Below, piece after piece: positions 63,043-64,000 of a DNA stretch of 64,000 nt (position 1 is its first letter; each line of letters opens with the position of its first letter). Where the stretch lies: NCBI GenBank assembly GCA_036172245.1, contig JAYWIR010000016.1, positions 372,001 to 436,000 of the forward strand. Direction: 5' to 3'. The position numbers and the translations under genes were made by a program. Below the pieces are notes generated by a model that was not told where the DNA came from, did not search any database, and was given only the letters and a program-made list of their open reading frames with translations. Origin of the DNA: Raillietiella orientalis (taxonomy: Eukaryota).

Positions 63043-63762
63043 CAATTTTCATTTTTTCTTGAGGGGGGTTTGCCAAGTGTCGAAGAACCACCCACTTTCT
63101 TGTGGAAGGCCCACGAAGCCCTTCAGTACTCTCCACGCCGCCCGAGGGTGCATGCGGCTCTTCAATTCAGGAAAGTGACTCCGGGGAGGGGACCACCCTA
63201 TGAATCCAGGAAGGGTTCTAGAGGAAGGAGCCCACTCCTCTCACGCTTGGGAGGGAACCATGAAGGGAACTACCCCTTCATTCTCTGGAAGCGGTCTTTC
63301 CTCATTTCTTTACCAAAGGGAACCCGGAAAGGATCCGTCCCTGAATTTCTTCTCCAGAGGGCGCCCGCAAGGGGATCCCTCTTTGTTTTTGCTCCTCCGA
63401 AGAGAACCACGGAGGGACGCTCCCCGGTTTCTCCAAAGAGCGCTACCCAAAGGGAGCAACGCGCTTCTTGACACTCTAGAGAGGCAATCCCCGAGCCCTT
63501 TGTGGCTCCTTGACTCCTGGAAGGACCGCAGAGGGTCAGCTTCCAATTCCGGCCAGTCTGGTTTCCAGCTTCCGCCAGCGCCGCACCCAAAGCCTACAGG
63601 ACAACCAGCGTCATCCTGTGGGAGATGGAGGCGGGTGGGGAGTAAACTTGAAACCCACGACGTACCCCCATGTCTCGGAGCCGATCCTTTCCCGGGCGGG
63701 ATTCGAATCCGCGACGCCAGGTGCCTCCACGCGCAGAGACCGCCGCAGCCAGGCGGCCTCCA
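63043..63762 (-). mobile_element. Long tRNA-headed SINE, copy G (near complete, A-rich tail)
   Basis: Minus strand ggaggccgcctggctgcggcgg...gcggattcgaatcccgc; family core; tail ggttcttc...ggcaaacc...aagaaaaaatgaaaa. Confidence 0.82.
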
Positions 63763-64000
63763 ACGGGGTCTTTTCCCGGCTTGCCCTTTCGGCGTGGGTG
63801 CAGCCAATCACAATGAGGTGGAGCATCCGGTCCCTCATCCTCGCTGCCCGGTGTCTCCTCCGCCTCGTCCTCCGCTTCAAAGCCGGGTGCATCACCCATG
63901 GATGAGTACCTGGGTGCGTCCACGTGGAGATTCCACCAAGGGAAGAATTCAGTAGATCCTGCAGCGACCCCTGGAGCGCCTTTGGGCGAGACGGAAAGGA

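Noticed and set aside
1..64000. CRISPR array, operons or other prokaryotic systems
   Set aside because: No regularly spaced repeats or gene-dense organisation; spliceosomal introns and LINEs/SINEs indicate animal DNA

Overview
Eukaryotic, most likely arthropod, GC-rich genomic DNA; no prokaryotic features. One intact protein-coding gene is supported: a spliced class A (rhodopsin-like) GPCR of the moody/Tre1/CG4313 group on the + strand. Its coding exons are 6184-6375, 11837-12075, 19467-20104 and 20161-20594 (1503 nt = 500 aa + stop), and a 56-nt micro-intron explains an apparent frameshift. Much of the rest is nested, decayed retroelements. (i) Many copies of an APE-type non-LTR retrotransposon (Tx1/L1-like), including near full-length relics and 5'-truncated copies that share a 3' stem-loop, some with target-site duplications. 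(ii) At least seven copies of a long (~700 bp) tRNA-headed SINE-like repeat that I cannot assign to a known family. (iii) A decayed R2-superfamily element (Utopia/NeSL type: RT plus restriction-like endonuclease) that carries a 5' U2 snRNA fragment, yet appears to sit inside another LINE rather than in a U2 gene. A ~98-bp piece of this element is copied almost exactly into GPCR intron 2. Most ORFs in the six-frame track are spurious products of high GC content. All alignments were done by eye, and boundaries of decayed elements are approximate.
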